Shown here piece by piece: positions 37,400-46,370 of a stretch of 64,000 bases of DNA (positions are counted from its first letter, which is position 1; every line of letters starts with the position of its first letter). The notes under the pieces were generated by a model. That model saw only the letters and a program-made list of their open reading frames with translations. It ran no database searches and was not told where the DNA came from. This DNA is from Bryobacterales bacterium (lineage in GTDB: Bacteria > Acidobacteriota > Terriglobia > Bryobacterales > Bryobacteraceae), in contig PMKM01000242.1 in assembly GCA_003157745.1 (NCBI GenBank), forward strand, positions 67,375 through 131,374. Direction: 5' to 3'. A program made the translations under genes and the position numbers.

Positions 37400-37732
37400 T
37401 TGAGCGACACTTTAATATCAGTTATTTAGAGAGCGCAGGTGTTGGTTTGGAGAGTACCGAGACACCTGGAAAATCAGCGGTGAACCGCGAGCGCCCTCTT
37501 AATGGAGTGCAATTGGAGTGCACCGGCCAAAAACAGCCAGGGAACCCAGTTCACTAACAACCCCCACAGACAATTGGTAGGGTTATTCGCCCTGCGCATC
37601 CGCCGAGTTGGCTGGATGCCGCCAGAGGGCAGATTGTGTCTTCCATCACCCCCGCCCTCCTTCTTGCACTTCGTGACCGAAGACAACAATGGCCTGCGCG
37701 CCAACGCAGGCTATTTACCCTAGGGGTGAAAA

Positions 37733-39817
37733 TTGAATTCTCTCAACGGCAGTATACACCACCTCGGCCTTCAAACAAAGGACGGAAATGCAGTCGTCGC
37801 CTGTGCGCTTGACCGAGTAGATGAGAGTGTCCGGCGCGTGCAGAGTGGCCCCGGCGCGCTCGTCGGTGCGGACCTGACTGCGGCCGACTATCGCGCACTG
37901 GAGACGCGTTGGATCGATCGCGCGACCGCAGAGAGTGCGCAACTTCGGCGGGTGGATTCCTCGACCGGCGGCGAGATTGTCGGCCGGAGAAACGGCGACT
38001 ACGCCGGCATTCTCATCCCGTATTTTCATCCTGGGTCTGCGAGCGTCCGGGAGTATCGTCTCCGCCGTGACCACCCCGAGATGGAATATGACACCGCGGG
38101 ACAGCTCAAGCCGCGTCAGAAATACCTCGGCCCGCCGGGTCGTTCGAATATGTTGTACTTCGCACAGGGAACGGCCCCGTCGATGCTGCGCGACGCCGAT
38201 CTGCCAGTTGTCATCGCCGAGGGCGAGTTCAAGACGCTCGCTCTCTGGCGTCTGGCCCATCACAACACGCCAGCATCACCGAGCTTCCTGCCGATCGGCG
38301 TTTCCGGTGTGTACAACTGGCGCGGCACAATCGGCAAGACTGTTGGACCGGAAGGGAATCGCCTGGACGTCAAGGGCGCCATCCCTGACCTCGATTGGGT
38401 CACCTGGTCTGGCCGCCGGGTGATCATCGCCTACGATGCCGACGCAGTTGCCAAAGAGTCTGTTCGCATCGCTCGATCGCAGTTGGCTGCGCACCTGCGC
38501 GGGCGCGGCGGCTTTGTGGGATTTCTCGAATGGGATGTCACAAAAGGCAAGGGCATCGACGATCATCTCGCCGCTGTCGGACCGGAGACCGTGTTCGACG
38601 CGATCAACCACGTCAACTATGCCGCGAACGCTTGGAGAAAGGATTTGCTGCGTGCAAAACCGCCTATGAACAGCACTGAAGGTCGTATTTTGCCAGTCCT
38701 GGCGAACGCCATCGCCGCCTTTCGGCACGCGCCGGAATGGGGCGGCGTGCTCGCTTTCAACGAATTCGGATTCGGGACGGTTGTTCTGAAACCCGCGCCC
38801 TGGGGTGTCGTGACCAACGGCGAATGGACCGATCATGAAGACCGCCTCGCGACGGAATGGTTACAGCGACAAGGAATCCTTGTCTCCGTCGATGTGGCCG
38901 GGCAAGCCGTGCAGACTGCGGCAAGAGATCATCCATTCCATCCGGTCAGAACGTACCTGCAGAGCCTTCGATGGGACGGCGTTCGGCGAGTTGACGGTTG
39001 GCTCTCGACGTACCTAGGCGCCGACGACACAAAATACTCGCGCGCCGTGGGCTCACGCTGGCTGGTCTCCGCCGTGGCCCGCATCTTCCGGCCGGGCGCG
39101 AAGGCGGACTGTTGCCTGATTCTGGAAGGGCCGCAAGGCATTCGGAAATCGACGGCCTTGCGTACGCTTGCCGGCGAGTACTTCACCGACGAACTCGCCG
39201 ACCTTGGTAGCAAGGATGCAGCGATGCAAACGCGTGGCGTCTGGATCATTGAGCTTTCGGAGCTCGACAGCCTCAGCCATTCCGAAGTCGCCCGTATCAA
39301 GGCGTTCATGAGCCGGACGACAGATCGCTTCCGCCCGCCCTACGGAATGCGCCTGGTGGAATCGCCGCGGCAGTGCGTCTTTGCCGGCACGGTCAATCAC
39401 AGCACATACCTCCGCGATGAGACCGGCGGCCGGCGGTTCTGGCCGATCACCTGTGGCCGGATCGAGATTGAAGCTCTTGCGCGCGATCGCGACCAGTTGT
39501 GGGCGGAGGCGAAGGAGCGATTCGACTCCGGAGCCGTCTGGTGGTTGGAAACGGTGGAATTGGTCCGGATGGCCTCGGATCAGCAGATTGACAGGTACGA
39601 GGGCGACCCCTGGGAAGAAGTTATCGCACCGTGGCTGGAGCACCGGCCCAGTGCCTCGATCAGCGAGATTCTTGAAAAGTGCCTCCAGAAGGCACAGGCG
39701 CTGTGGACACAAACTGACAAGAACCGAGCCGCCCGCTGCCTTCGTGCTCTGGGGTGGGACCGATACCGCGAGCGGCACGGGCCGCACCTGGAATGGCGTT
39801 ACCGCAAGTGTGAGTGA
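37733..39817 (+). CDS. Primase-helicase-like replication protein: N-terminal Toprim-like region plus a C-terminal VirE/VapE P-loop domain
   Basis: The acidic Toprim-like segments are LPVVIAEGEFKTLAL and RRVIIAYDADAV. The VirE-type core is DCCLILEGPQGIRKSTALRTLAG...IIELSELDS...FMSRTTDRFRPPYG...CVFAGTVN...GGRRFWPI. The start is uncertain (TTG at 37733). Confidence 0.8.
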   Translation: MNSLNGSIHHLGLQTKDGNAVVACALDRVDESVRRVQSGPGALVGADLTAADYRALETRWIDRATAESAQLRRVDSSTGGEIVGRRNGDYAGILIPYFHPGSASVREYRLRRDHPEMEYDTAGQLKPRQKYLGPPGRSNMLYFAQGTAPSMLRDADLPVVIAEGEFKTLALWRLAHHNTPASPSFLPIGVSGVYNWRGTIGKTVGPEGNRLDVKGAIPDLDWVTWSGRRVIIAYDADAVAKESVRIARSQLAAHLRGRGGFVGFLEWDVTKGKGIDDHLAAVGPETVFDAINHVNYAANAWRKDLLRAKPPMNSTEGRILPVLANAIAAFRHAPEWGGVLAFNEFGFGTVVLKPAPWGVVTNGEWTDHEDRLATEWLQRQGILVSVDVAGQAVQTAARDHPFHPVRTYLQSLRWDGVRRVDGWLSTYLGADDTKYSRAVGSRWLVSAVARIFRPGAKADCCLILEGPQGIRKSTALRTLAGEYFTDELADLGSKDAAMQTRGVWIIELSELDSLSHSEVARIKAFMSRTTDRFRPPYGMRLVESPRQCVFAGTVNHSTYLRDETGGRRFWPITCGRIEIEALARDRDQLWAEAKERFDSGAVWWLETVELVRMASDQQIDRYEGDPWEEVIAPWLEHRPSASISEILEKCLQKAQALWTQTDKNRAARCLRALGWDRYRERHGPHLEWRYRKCE

Positions 39818-39819
39818 CC

Positions 39820-40050
39820 AGTGTGTTCCCGGTCCGTTCCCAGTATGTTCCCAGTCGCCGACGCTGGAAACCGCGCTGTTGTGCCGGTGTTCCCAGTGTT
39901 CCATGTTGTGAGTTAAACCCCATATATCGACCAGATGCTGGCACGACCCGTTCCTAATAGAACAACAACAGGGAACAAAGGAACACTGGGAACACTGTAT
40001 AGAATCAGAACCTTGGCGGTGGAACGCAATGGGAACTGCTCTGGGAACAG
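39820..40050. repeat. Iteron field of at least 10 GTTCCC/GGGAAC motifs, including a perfect 16-bp inverted repeat; candidate replication origin
   Basis: TGTTCCC-type motifs occur at 39824, 39835, 39846, 39888 and 39897. GGGAAC-type motifs occur at 39971, 39988, 40031 and 40043. GTGTTCCCAGTGTTCC (39887-39902) is the exact reverse complement of GGAACACTGGGAACAC (39980-39995). An AT-rich spacer separates the two arms. Confidence 0.65.
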
Positions 40051-40297
40051 GCGATGGTACGGCACTTACTTCATCGCGACGAACGTGACGCCCGGAACGG
40101 CGCAGGCCTATAACATCCAGTCGACGTTCTCCGATACCACGCCGCTGCTGTACATCCAGAACAACGACTCGAAAGCCAACCCTCAGTTGCTCGACAAGGA
40201 GATGGAGTACCTGGCAAGCAGGAGCGCAGCAGACTCGGTAGATCCGTAGGACGCGAAGGCCGGTTGATTCCCGACTTGGCGGAACCGGATGTGGTTA

Positions 40298-40804
40298 TCA
40301 CACCACCACCCTCAGCTTGATTCCGTCGTTCGGCGCGCTCACGAGGTCCTGCTTGGTGCCCAGGTACCGCTCCGTCGTCTGGACTGAAGCGTGGCCCAGG
40401 AGCAACTGGATTTGTTACAACTCGCCGCCGGCGGCGCGGCAGAGCTTCGCGGCGGTCCTTCGACAATCATGGGGGGCGATACCGGGGACGCCGGCTGCGG
40501 TGGCGTACGGCCGGAGCAGTTGCCAGACGACTTTCTCGGAAAGACGCTCGCCCACGGTCTGGTCGCCGCGATTCACGGGCCGGAATACGTATCCGGCGGT
40601 CACTTTGGCCAGGGCGCTCCAGGCGTCAATCGCCACCTTCACCCAGACCGGCATCGGCACGGAGCAGACAAGGCCGTTCAGCAGTACTTGGCGAAGCGCC
40701 AGTATCCGAATGTAGTTGCTCTTTGCATGGAGCGCCCACGCAACAACGTGGGCGCTTGGCCGACCCGAACCATTGTTCCTGGACTTCTGGTGCTCGCAAA
40801 CCAT
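40298..40804 (-). pseudogene. Tyrosine recombinase remnant: 5'-truncated, with an internal deletion and an in-frame TAA
   Basis: The catalytic C-terminus reads HDCRRTAAKLCRAAGGEL-[TAA at 40415-40417]-QIQLLLGHASVQTTERYLG, continuous in one frame. The expected N-terminal two-thirds are missing. Confidence 0.7.
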
Positions 40805-41054
40805 GCGCTCGCGAATCGAGCCGATGAAAAAGGTCGCCCGGATGTTGCGCAGGCACCGCCCGCTACTAATGAACTATTTCAAGGCAAGAAAGCAGTTTTC
40901 CAGCGGTGTGGTCGAGGGGCTGAACAACAAAGCCAAAGTGACCTTGAGAAGATCGTATGGCTTTCGTACCTTCCGCGTCCTGGAACTCGCGCTCTATCAC
41001 ACCCTTGGCAAACTACCAGAGCCGGAGCTCACCCACGAATTCTTCTTACGAGCC
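40760..41054 (+). mobile_element. ISL3-family transposase 3' fragment with its terminal inverted repeat
   Basis: WCSQTMRSRIEPMKKVARMLRRHRPLLMNYFKA...VVEGLNNKAKVTLRRSYGFRTF...LYHTLGKLPEPELTHEF is an ISL3 C-terminus. The end sequence GAATTCTTCTTACGAGCC is the reverse complement of the IR-like GGCTCGTAAGAAGAATTC. No N-terminal part is present. Confidence 0.65.
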
Positions 41055-41461
41055 TCCAGAATTGGGACTCGTACACAGCCAATGCGGACCGCCGATGGCT
41101 GCAACAACTGGTCGAGGCGTTACTCACGACTGACGGGAGCTAACGGCGCAGCGGGACGCAAGGGAGGCGGCGCCGGAAAGCCGAGAAATTGAGTGGCGAC
41201 CCGCGGCGGGGCCCACCAACGAACATGCCGCGCGGCCGAATCCACCACACAGTGCCCCGGGCGCGGCGGGCCTAGAATTGCCCCGAATGCCGCTGCGCCA
41301 CCCGCGCCCCGTGAGCACCCTGGCCCCCACCAAACCAGCAACAAGAGCTAGACTAGTCGAGACAATGGTTTCGCCATTTTGGTTCGCCAAGTTCTGTTCG
41401 ACGGGAATTACGATCCAGTGGAGACTTATTGAACGTTGATCCGCAGGCGACGCGGCCTCCC

Positions 41462-42286
41462 ATGAAAATCAGCTGCCTTACCGTCACGCAGATCAGTCGA
41501 ATCGCGATGCTGAGAAGATGCCTCTCATCCTATGCTTATCAAACTATCGACGTCTCATCGCGGGAGTTGTTGCTGCTTCATCATGACGGACCTCACGCGA
41601 CGAGTGCCTTCCAAAGGCTCGCAACAGACCTAAACATCGAGGCTAGAGTGATCGAAGTCCCTCGTGCACCCCTCGGTCGGTTACGAAATCTGAGTATTGA
41701 GCACGCTCGCGGGGAGTTATTATGCCAGTGGGATGATGATGATTTCTATCATCCAGACCGACTCTTAACTCAAAGTTCGCCTTTTGATGCCATCGGCTGT
41801 GTCGCCACCTCGCTAGATAGCCAATTCTTTTGGTTTCGGGATGCCAATGATCTCTACATTCGGCGAGGCGGCAAGGAGGGCATTCACGGGACCGTAATGT
41901 TCCGCAATGGCATAGGGCTTAAGTACGATGAGGTAATGACCAAAGGGGAAGATTCGCGATTCATGCAGGACTTGCTCAAGCACGGAAACGCAAGCGTCGT
42001 TCGTATTGACAACCGTCCTGAACTTTATGTCCGAACCTACCACGGCCTGAATACGTGGGATCTTGGTCACCACCGCAGCCACACACGACAGGCTCTCAGC
42101 GCAGACTGGCTAATTCACAATGAAACGAAGGTTCGTGATTGGATCAGAACGCTTGGATTCCCAAGGGTGAAGGTTCGCGACCCCCAGCGAATAGCGTTCA
42201 CGGTTGAACCAGAGGGAGACAACGAGAGCGCTAAGAGCGTTGAACCACTAGCAAAGTTCGACGTGCCTCCTGGACCAATATTGTGA
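41462..42286 (+). CDS. Glycosyltransferase family 2-like
   Basis: MKISCLTVT...RIAMLRRCLSSYAYQT and QWDDDDFYHPDRL (DxD region) fit the GT2 pattern. Lower-GC region. Confidence 0.7.
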   Translation: MKISCLTVTQISRIAMLRRCLSSYAYQTIDVSSRELLLLHHDGPHATSAFQRLATDLNIEARVIEVPRAPLGRLRNLSIEHARGELLCQWDDDDFYHPDRLLTQSSPFDAIGCVATSLDSQFFWFRDANDLYIRRGGKEGIHGTVMFRNGIGLKYDEVMTKGEDSRFMQDLLKHGNASVVRIDNRPELYVRTYHGLNTWDLGHHRSHTRQALSADWLIHNETKVRDWIRTLGFPRVKVRDPQRIAFTVEPEGDNESAKSVEPLAKFDVPPGPIL

Positions 42287-43077
42287 TGGATCTATGCACG
42301 CTCTGGGTTGGCGGCCCACTGAGCAATCTCGAGACCTGTTGCCTCAACTCAGCCATGCGAGCGGGTCACGTCGTCAACGTCTACACATACGACGGTGTAC
42401 CAAATCCTCCGCACGGCGCTCTCATTAGGAGTGCCCGTGATGTACTTCCCGAAAGTCGGATGATACGATTTCGGGGTAACGGCAGCTTTGCTCTGGGTTC
42501 TGATCTCTTCCGATATGAGTTGTTGAAACGACGACTTGGCTGTTGGATCGACGCCGATGTGTTCTTCTTAAAAGCCTTGGCTCTTGACAGCCAGTGTCTG
42601 TTTGGGTGGGAGGACGAACGATCAATAAACTCCGCAGTCTTGTATCTTGAGCACGATTCACAGATCCTCGCGGACCTGCTGACGTTCGCCTACTCCAACC
42701 CTATGATCCCTCCATGGTGGTCTGCCGAGGAACAGAGCAAACAGAAAGGCCTTGCTGATGAAGGCAACTCTCTTTCTATGGAACGTTTGCAATGGGGCAT
42801 CATCGGGCCCAAAGCTTTGACTCACTACGCAAGACAACATGGTCTTGCCTCTCTAGCAAAACCCATTGAAGCATTTTATCCCCTGCACTGGACCGAAGCA
42901 CGCCGCTCCTTTGACCCTGCATTCAATCTCTTCGAGCGCTTCTCCCATAATACCTGCGCGGTCCATTTGTGGAATCATCTCATTCAAGACCTCAAAGTTC
43001 TGGCGCCACCTCCCGGGTCGTTCCTATCGCATGTCTACGGTTCTAATAACATTCAGCTTGCCGGGGGCCCTCGGTGA
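42286..43077 (+). CDS. Glycosyltransferase with a DXD sugar-binding region (GT32-like)
   Basis: LWVGGPLS...SDLFRYELLKRRLGCWIDADVFFLK fits the GT32 (Gly_transf_sug) pattern. The start overlaps the stop of the preceding gene. Confidence 0.65.
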   Translation: MDLCTLWVGGPLSNLETCCLNSAMRAGHVVNVYTYDGVPNPPHGALIRSARDVLPESRMIRFRGNGSFALGSDLFRYELLKRRLGCWIDADVFFLKALALDSQCLFGWEDERSINSAVLYLEHDSQILADLLTFAYSNPMIPPWWSAEEQSKQKGLADEGNSLSMERLQWGIIGPKALTHYARQHGLASLAKPIEAFYPLHWTEARRSFDPAFNLFERFSHNTCAVHLWNHLIQDLKVLAPPPGSFLSHVYGSNNIQLAGGPR

Positions 43078-43634
43078 AGACCATTCTCGTCGGCAACGGC
43101 CCTTCCCTAGTCGGTGCCAAGCGCGGCAGTCTGATCGATTCCTTTGCGCGTATCGCGAGGTTCAACAACTTCAGGATCAACGGATTTGAAGAAGACGTCG
43201 GTCGGAGAACTGATTTGTGGCTAACCCACGAAGGCTATTTAACGGAAGAGTTAAGTTGGTCCCAATCCTTCTCCCAGCCAGAGACGTGGGTACTGGCTCC
43301 GGACCTTCCCCGAAGACGAGCGCGTATGTTGGCGTCCGCACGCGCCAGTCTACCCTGTGTACACCTCGTTTCCCTGGTTGAGGCGAGGTGCATTAGCAGT
43401 GCATGGGATGCCACTGCCGCCCCCCAGAGTCCTGATTATGTATGGCCGTCTACGGGAATCATGGCAATTCTCCTATTTAAACCGTGCGTCATAATCGGTT
43501 TCGATCACTTCATGACATCAAGCCAACACTATTGGTCCAAGACCATCAGTGTTGACACCTATCACTCACGAGAACGTGAACGCGATATAGTGGAAGCGCT
43601 AACGCAAAGCAGAGATGTCATCCGTCTTGGCTAG
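43074..43634 (+). CDS. Sialyltransferase-motif protein (GT29-like L and S motifs)
   Basis: ILVGNGPSL...GSLIDSFARIARFNNF resembles sialyl motif L. WPSTGIMAILLFKPCVIIGFDHF resembles sialyl motif S (PSTG...C..V..YGF). GTGA overlap with the preceding gene. Confidence 0.5.
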   Translation: MKTILVGNGPSLVGAKRGSLIDSFARIARFNNFRINGFEEDVGRRTDLWLTHEGYLTEELSWSQSFSQPETWVLAPDLPRRRARMLASARASLPCVHLVSLVEARCISSAWDATAAPQSPDYVWPSTGIMAILLFKPCVIIGFDHFMTSSQHYWSKTISVDTYHSRERERDIVEALTQSRDVIRLG

Positions 43635-43677
43635 CTTAGCTCGCTAAGCCAGGTCCCACCACATCATGGCTGTTGCC

Positions 43678-44688
43678 TCACGACTCCCCAAGCCAGTAGC
43701 GCACGCCCAATTGTCCACATCGAGTGACCTTGGCATTGTCCTCCTTTGGAGTGTTCGGATGACATAAGACGAGCTCATCGGGATCGAAAGGCACCCAAGC
43801 ATGTCTCCAAAACGTGTTGTGTGGGAGAGCGAACAGGAACAACCTGTGCCGGCCCGTGCGTCCGAGTATTGGGATAGTTGCCGCGAGTTTAAAGAACTCC
43901 TTCGCCTGCTCTCGGGCGAAGTCACCCTCGCTGCTTTCGTCGTAGCCAGCCGGAAGCATCCAGCATGTACCACAATCGAGGAGCGCAAGGTTGAGCGCTA
44001 CCTGGTCGGACTGTACTGTTCGATGGATCCGGATGCAATCATCAATCAGAGCAATTGACCTCCTGCTTGAACGGAAGAAGGCAAACCCGCTGCACGCCGC
44101 AAAACTCCAGCGCCTGGCAATGGCCGCAGGATAATAGAAGACTCTTTGAAAAGCGACATCGGCGCCGGGCGTTATGCTGGCCCTCGGATCTTGCAACCAT
44201 GTCGCGTCGGCATCTGAGAGAAATACGTCCACCCCCATACGGAGGATGGCGGAGACCACCGGAAATTTCAGAGCGGTCATTGCAAGACCCCGCCGTGTAA
44301 ACCCAACCTGGCTCAGGTAGCGACTTTGCGCTGAGCCCTCGGGAATGCGTGCCAGAATGCATGACACTCCGACGGCCGACAATCGCGCTTCAGTCTCACT
44401 ATCTCCAGCAACAACAATATAGTTATTCCAACCGATCCGATGCATTGCCGTGACCCAATTCAAGCCTATTTGCAAATACTCTCTCGACACATAGGTAACC
44501 GCAATTGTGCCGCCGTGAACGCGGCGCATTACGAGAGTAGCGAGTTGGTCCGTGTCAACAACGGAGTCTAAGTCATAGAGAGGTGTCTTCTCAAGTTCGA
44601 AGCCATCGTCCCAACCCGCCCCGAGCATAACACGCTCGCGGAGGGCTTTTATGTCAGTATTGCTGCGGTTGCGTCGAAACGCTCTCAT
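43678..44688 (-). CDS. Nucleotide-diphospho-sugar transferase family protein
   Basis: IAVTYVSREYLQIGLNWV...NYIVVAGDSE...DVFLSDADATWLQDP fits the Nucleotid_trans-type GT-A pattern. Confidence 0.55.
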   Translation of the reverse strand: MRAFRRNRSNTDIKALRERVMLGAGWDDGFELEKTPLYDLDSVVDTDQLATLVMRRVHGGTIAVTYVSREYLQIGLNWVTAMHRIGWNNYIVVAGDSETEARLSAVGVSCILARIPEGSAQSRYLSQVGFTRRGLAMTALKFPVVSAILRMGVDVFLSDADATWLQDPRASITPGADVAFQRVFYYPAAIARRWSFAACSGFAFFRSSRRSIALIDDCIRIHRTVQSDQVALNLALLDCGTCWMLPAGYDESSEGDFAREQAKEFFKLAATIPILGRTGRHRLFLFALPHNTFWRHAWVPFDPDELVLCHPNTPKEDNAKVTRCGQLGVRYWLGES

Positions 44689-44726
44689 TGTTCATGCCTA
44701 CTCTCGGGCGGGTTCGAGTGGGTAGC

Positions 44727-45503
44727 TTAGCACCATTCTGTAATGTCCTGGCCAAGGAGTGTGAACAAAGACTCATTAACGGGTCGATATAGGACGGAGA
44801 GCAGCTCCCGAGCCTCAACCGAGATCACTGGACCAGGCCTGCCAACGAAATGTTCGTCGAAGGGCCCGTCGAACGGCGGCAGACCCAAAAAGTCAAACAT
44901 CTTATTGTATTCAACCACCTTGTTCGCAATGATCCGCTCCGCGATGCCGACGTATACCTGGGGTTTTGGAAACAGGCGGTACAGGTGGGTCAACTGCTCA
45001 TAGTAGAATCCTTTGAGCAAGTAACCCTCGCGCCAACATGTAAAGGCGCTGTCTGCGAGGCTATAAAAGCGGTTGCGATATTCGGAGTCGTTGAGGTCGC
45101 GTAGCTCCTGTTCAATGGCCGTTTCGAAGGGACGTGTTTCATCCCGCTTTGAAAGAGTTGCCATCTTCCATTGAGAGAATGCTCGTCGCACCGGGCAACG
45201 TAGGAGGACAATCAGGCGCGCATCTGGAACCGTGCTGTAAATCCGCGAATGACATATTAGACGATGGAACAGTTCCGCTGTCTTCTCTCCTTGCACATGC
45301 GAGGTAAAAGGAAAGTGACTGAAATACCACGCGGCTCCTCGATCCCAGTGCTGATTGAAGAATTCAATTTCTCGTTGCCCATATTCGGTGGTTCCAGTAA
45401 AGACTCGAATGTTTGGGTGGCGGTCCAGGTTGTGTGCGGCGGAGGTGGTTCCGCATTTCTGCGCGCCTATGATCAGAAAGTCCAGCATGTTACGGTGCCC
45501 CAT
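44727..45503 (-). CDS. Sulfotransferase
   Basis: The 5'-PSB loop FLIIGAQKCGTTS and the downstream LIVLLRCPVRRAFS (3'-PB region) are typical of PAPS-dependent sulfotransferases. Confidence 0.75.
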   Translation of the reverse strand: MGHRNMLDFLIIGAQKCGTTSAAHNLDRHPNIRVFTGTTEYGQREIEFFNQHWDRGAAWYFSHFPFTSHVQGEKTAELFHRLICHSRIYSTVPDARLIVLLRCPVRRAFSQWKMATLSKRDETRPFETAIEQELRDLNDSEYRNRFYSLADSAFTCWREGYLLKGFYYEQLTHLYRLFPKPQVYVGIAERIIANKVVEYNKMFDFLGLPPFDGPFDEHFVGRPGPVISVEARELLSVLYRPVNESLFTLLGQDITEWC

Positions 45504-45536
45504 TCGGCCAGGACCAGCAACCGCGGTGTCTATGCC

Positions 45537-46370
45537 TCATGGTGCATACCGACGGAACTCTTCCAAGAAGAGCCCCGAGTAAGTGTGGTGCCACGGCTTT
45601 TCTTCCGAAGAGAAATGTACAAGTGAAGGAGCCGCGAGCGCCCGTCGGTAGTCCTCTGCCGACAAAATGCTGTCGTCCCACTGCCTGAAGCTAGAAAAGT
45701 GGCTGGTCATGACGTTCCAGTGCGCCGGCAGCGGCGCCCACTGATTGCGGAGGATCACGTTCAGACCGTCTTGATCCCACCACAGTACGTCGTCCCGATA
45801 CGCTCGAAGATAATCAAGCGTTTTGCGGGACACCTCAGCCTTGCGCCATTTATCAAGATCTATCACCATTACACCTGCGTTGAATGTTGGTAGATCGCCA
45901 GAGAGTCCCAGTTTGGCATAAGATGGAATTCCCCGGGGAGCGGCAAACGTAGCCGACAGCCTTGACGCATGGCGGACCGCGCCGACGAGGCGGTCTCCGA
46001 GATCGACGTCCCAAAGGCCGGTGATTGGGGCGAGCACGATGGTGTCCGCATCGAGGTAGATTACCTTACTAATGTCTGGCAATACCGATTCCAGCAGGAG
46101 CCGATAGTAGGTCGTCAGAGAAATATGATGGCTCACTTTTAGGTCGGCCACAGAGCTTTGCGCAACTAGGAGCTGTGTCACATTCAGCGGCGCCCCGGCA
46201 CACGCTCGGTGTACTATGTTAAGCGTGTCGTTCGTCAATCCATTCGATAGTATGAACACATCTACGCGTACACCATCGGACAAACTCCCGGCCAAAGAGC
46301 GCAGCATAGCAGCCAGAGCCATCGCGTAGTTGTCGTCGGCTGCCGTAGCTATGGCCACTTTAGAAGTCAT
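45537..46370 (-). CDS. Glycosyltransferase family 8
   Basis: VAIATAADDNYAMALAAMLRSL, YLDADTIVL (DxD), FNAGVMVIDL, and WDQDGLN. The start at 46370 forms an ATGA overlap with the upstream gene. Confidence 0.8.
   Translation of the reverse strand: MTSKVAIATAADDNYAMALAAMLRSLAGSLSDGVRVDVFILSNGLTNDTLNIVHRACAGAPLNVTQLLVAQSSVADLKVSHHISLTTYYRLLLESVLPDISKVIYLDADTIVLAPITGLWDVDLGDRLVGAVRHASRLSATFAAPRGIPSYAKLGLSGDLPTFNAGVMVIDLDKWRKAEVSRKTLDYLRAYRDDVLWWDQDGLNVILRNQWAPLPAHWNVMTSHFSSFRQWDDSILSAEDYRRALAAPSLVHFSSEEKPWHHTYSGLFLEEFRRYAP

Larger units (their letters stand above)
37400..41054. mobile_element. Decayed second integrated element (primase-helicase, iteron ori, dead integrase, IS fragment) in tandem with the conjugative element
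   Basis: It starts at the 5' break of the tRNA fragment. Its gene content resembles a P4/satellite or mobilisable island. The extent to the right is uncertain. Confidence 0.45.

Noticed and set aside
37354-37430. Possible intact tRNA-Gly gene next to the integrase
   Set aside because: Only the 3' 46 nt fit a tRNA. The preceding 30 nt on the minus strand (TCTAAATAACTGATATTAAAGTGTCGCTCA) give no acceptor 5' strand, D arm or anticodon 5' stem. It is reported as an att fragment instead.
39935-40249. 104-aa ORF overlapping the iteron field
   Set aside because: Its N-terminal half simply translates the GGGAAC repeats. Only the last ~65 codons look gene-like, and they lack a start. It is treated as a truncated gene fragment in a finding, not as a CDS.
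41055-41461. Very GC-rich 400-bp stretch between the ISL3 end and the low-GC cluster, with ORFs on both strands
   Set aside because: The translations are Ala/Arg/Gly/Pro-rich with no motifs, and no RNA-gene-like structure was recognised. It is probably junk DNA left between two insertion events.
43634-43649. Palindrome GCTTAGC-TC-GCTAAGC between the two convergent glycan operons, as a possible bidirectional terminator
   Set aside because: The loop is too small (2 nt), the stem is short, and there is no flanking T/A tract on either strand. It was noted but not called.
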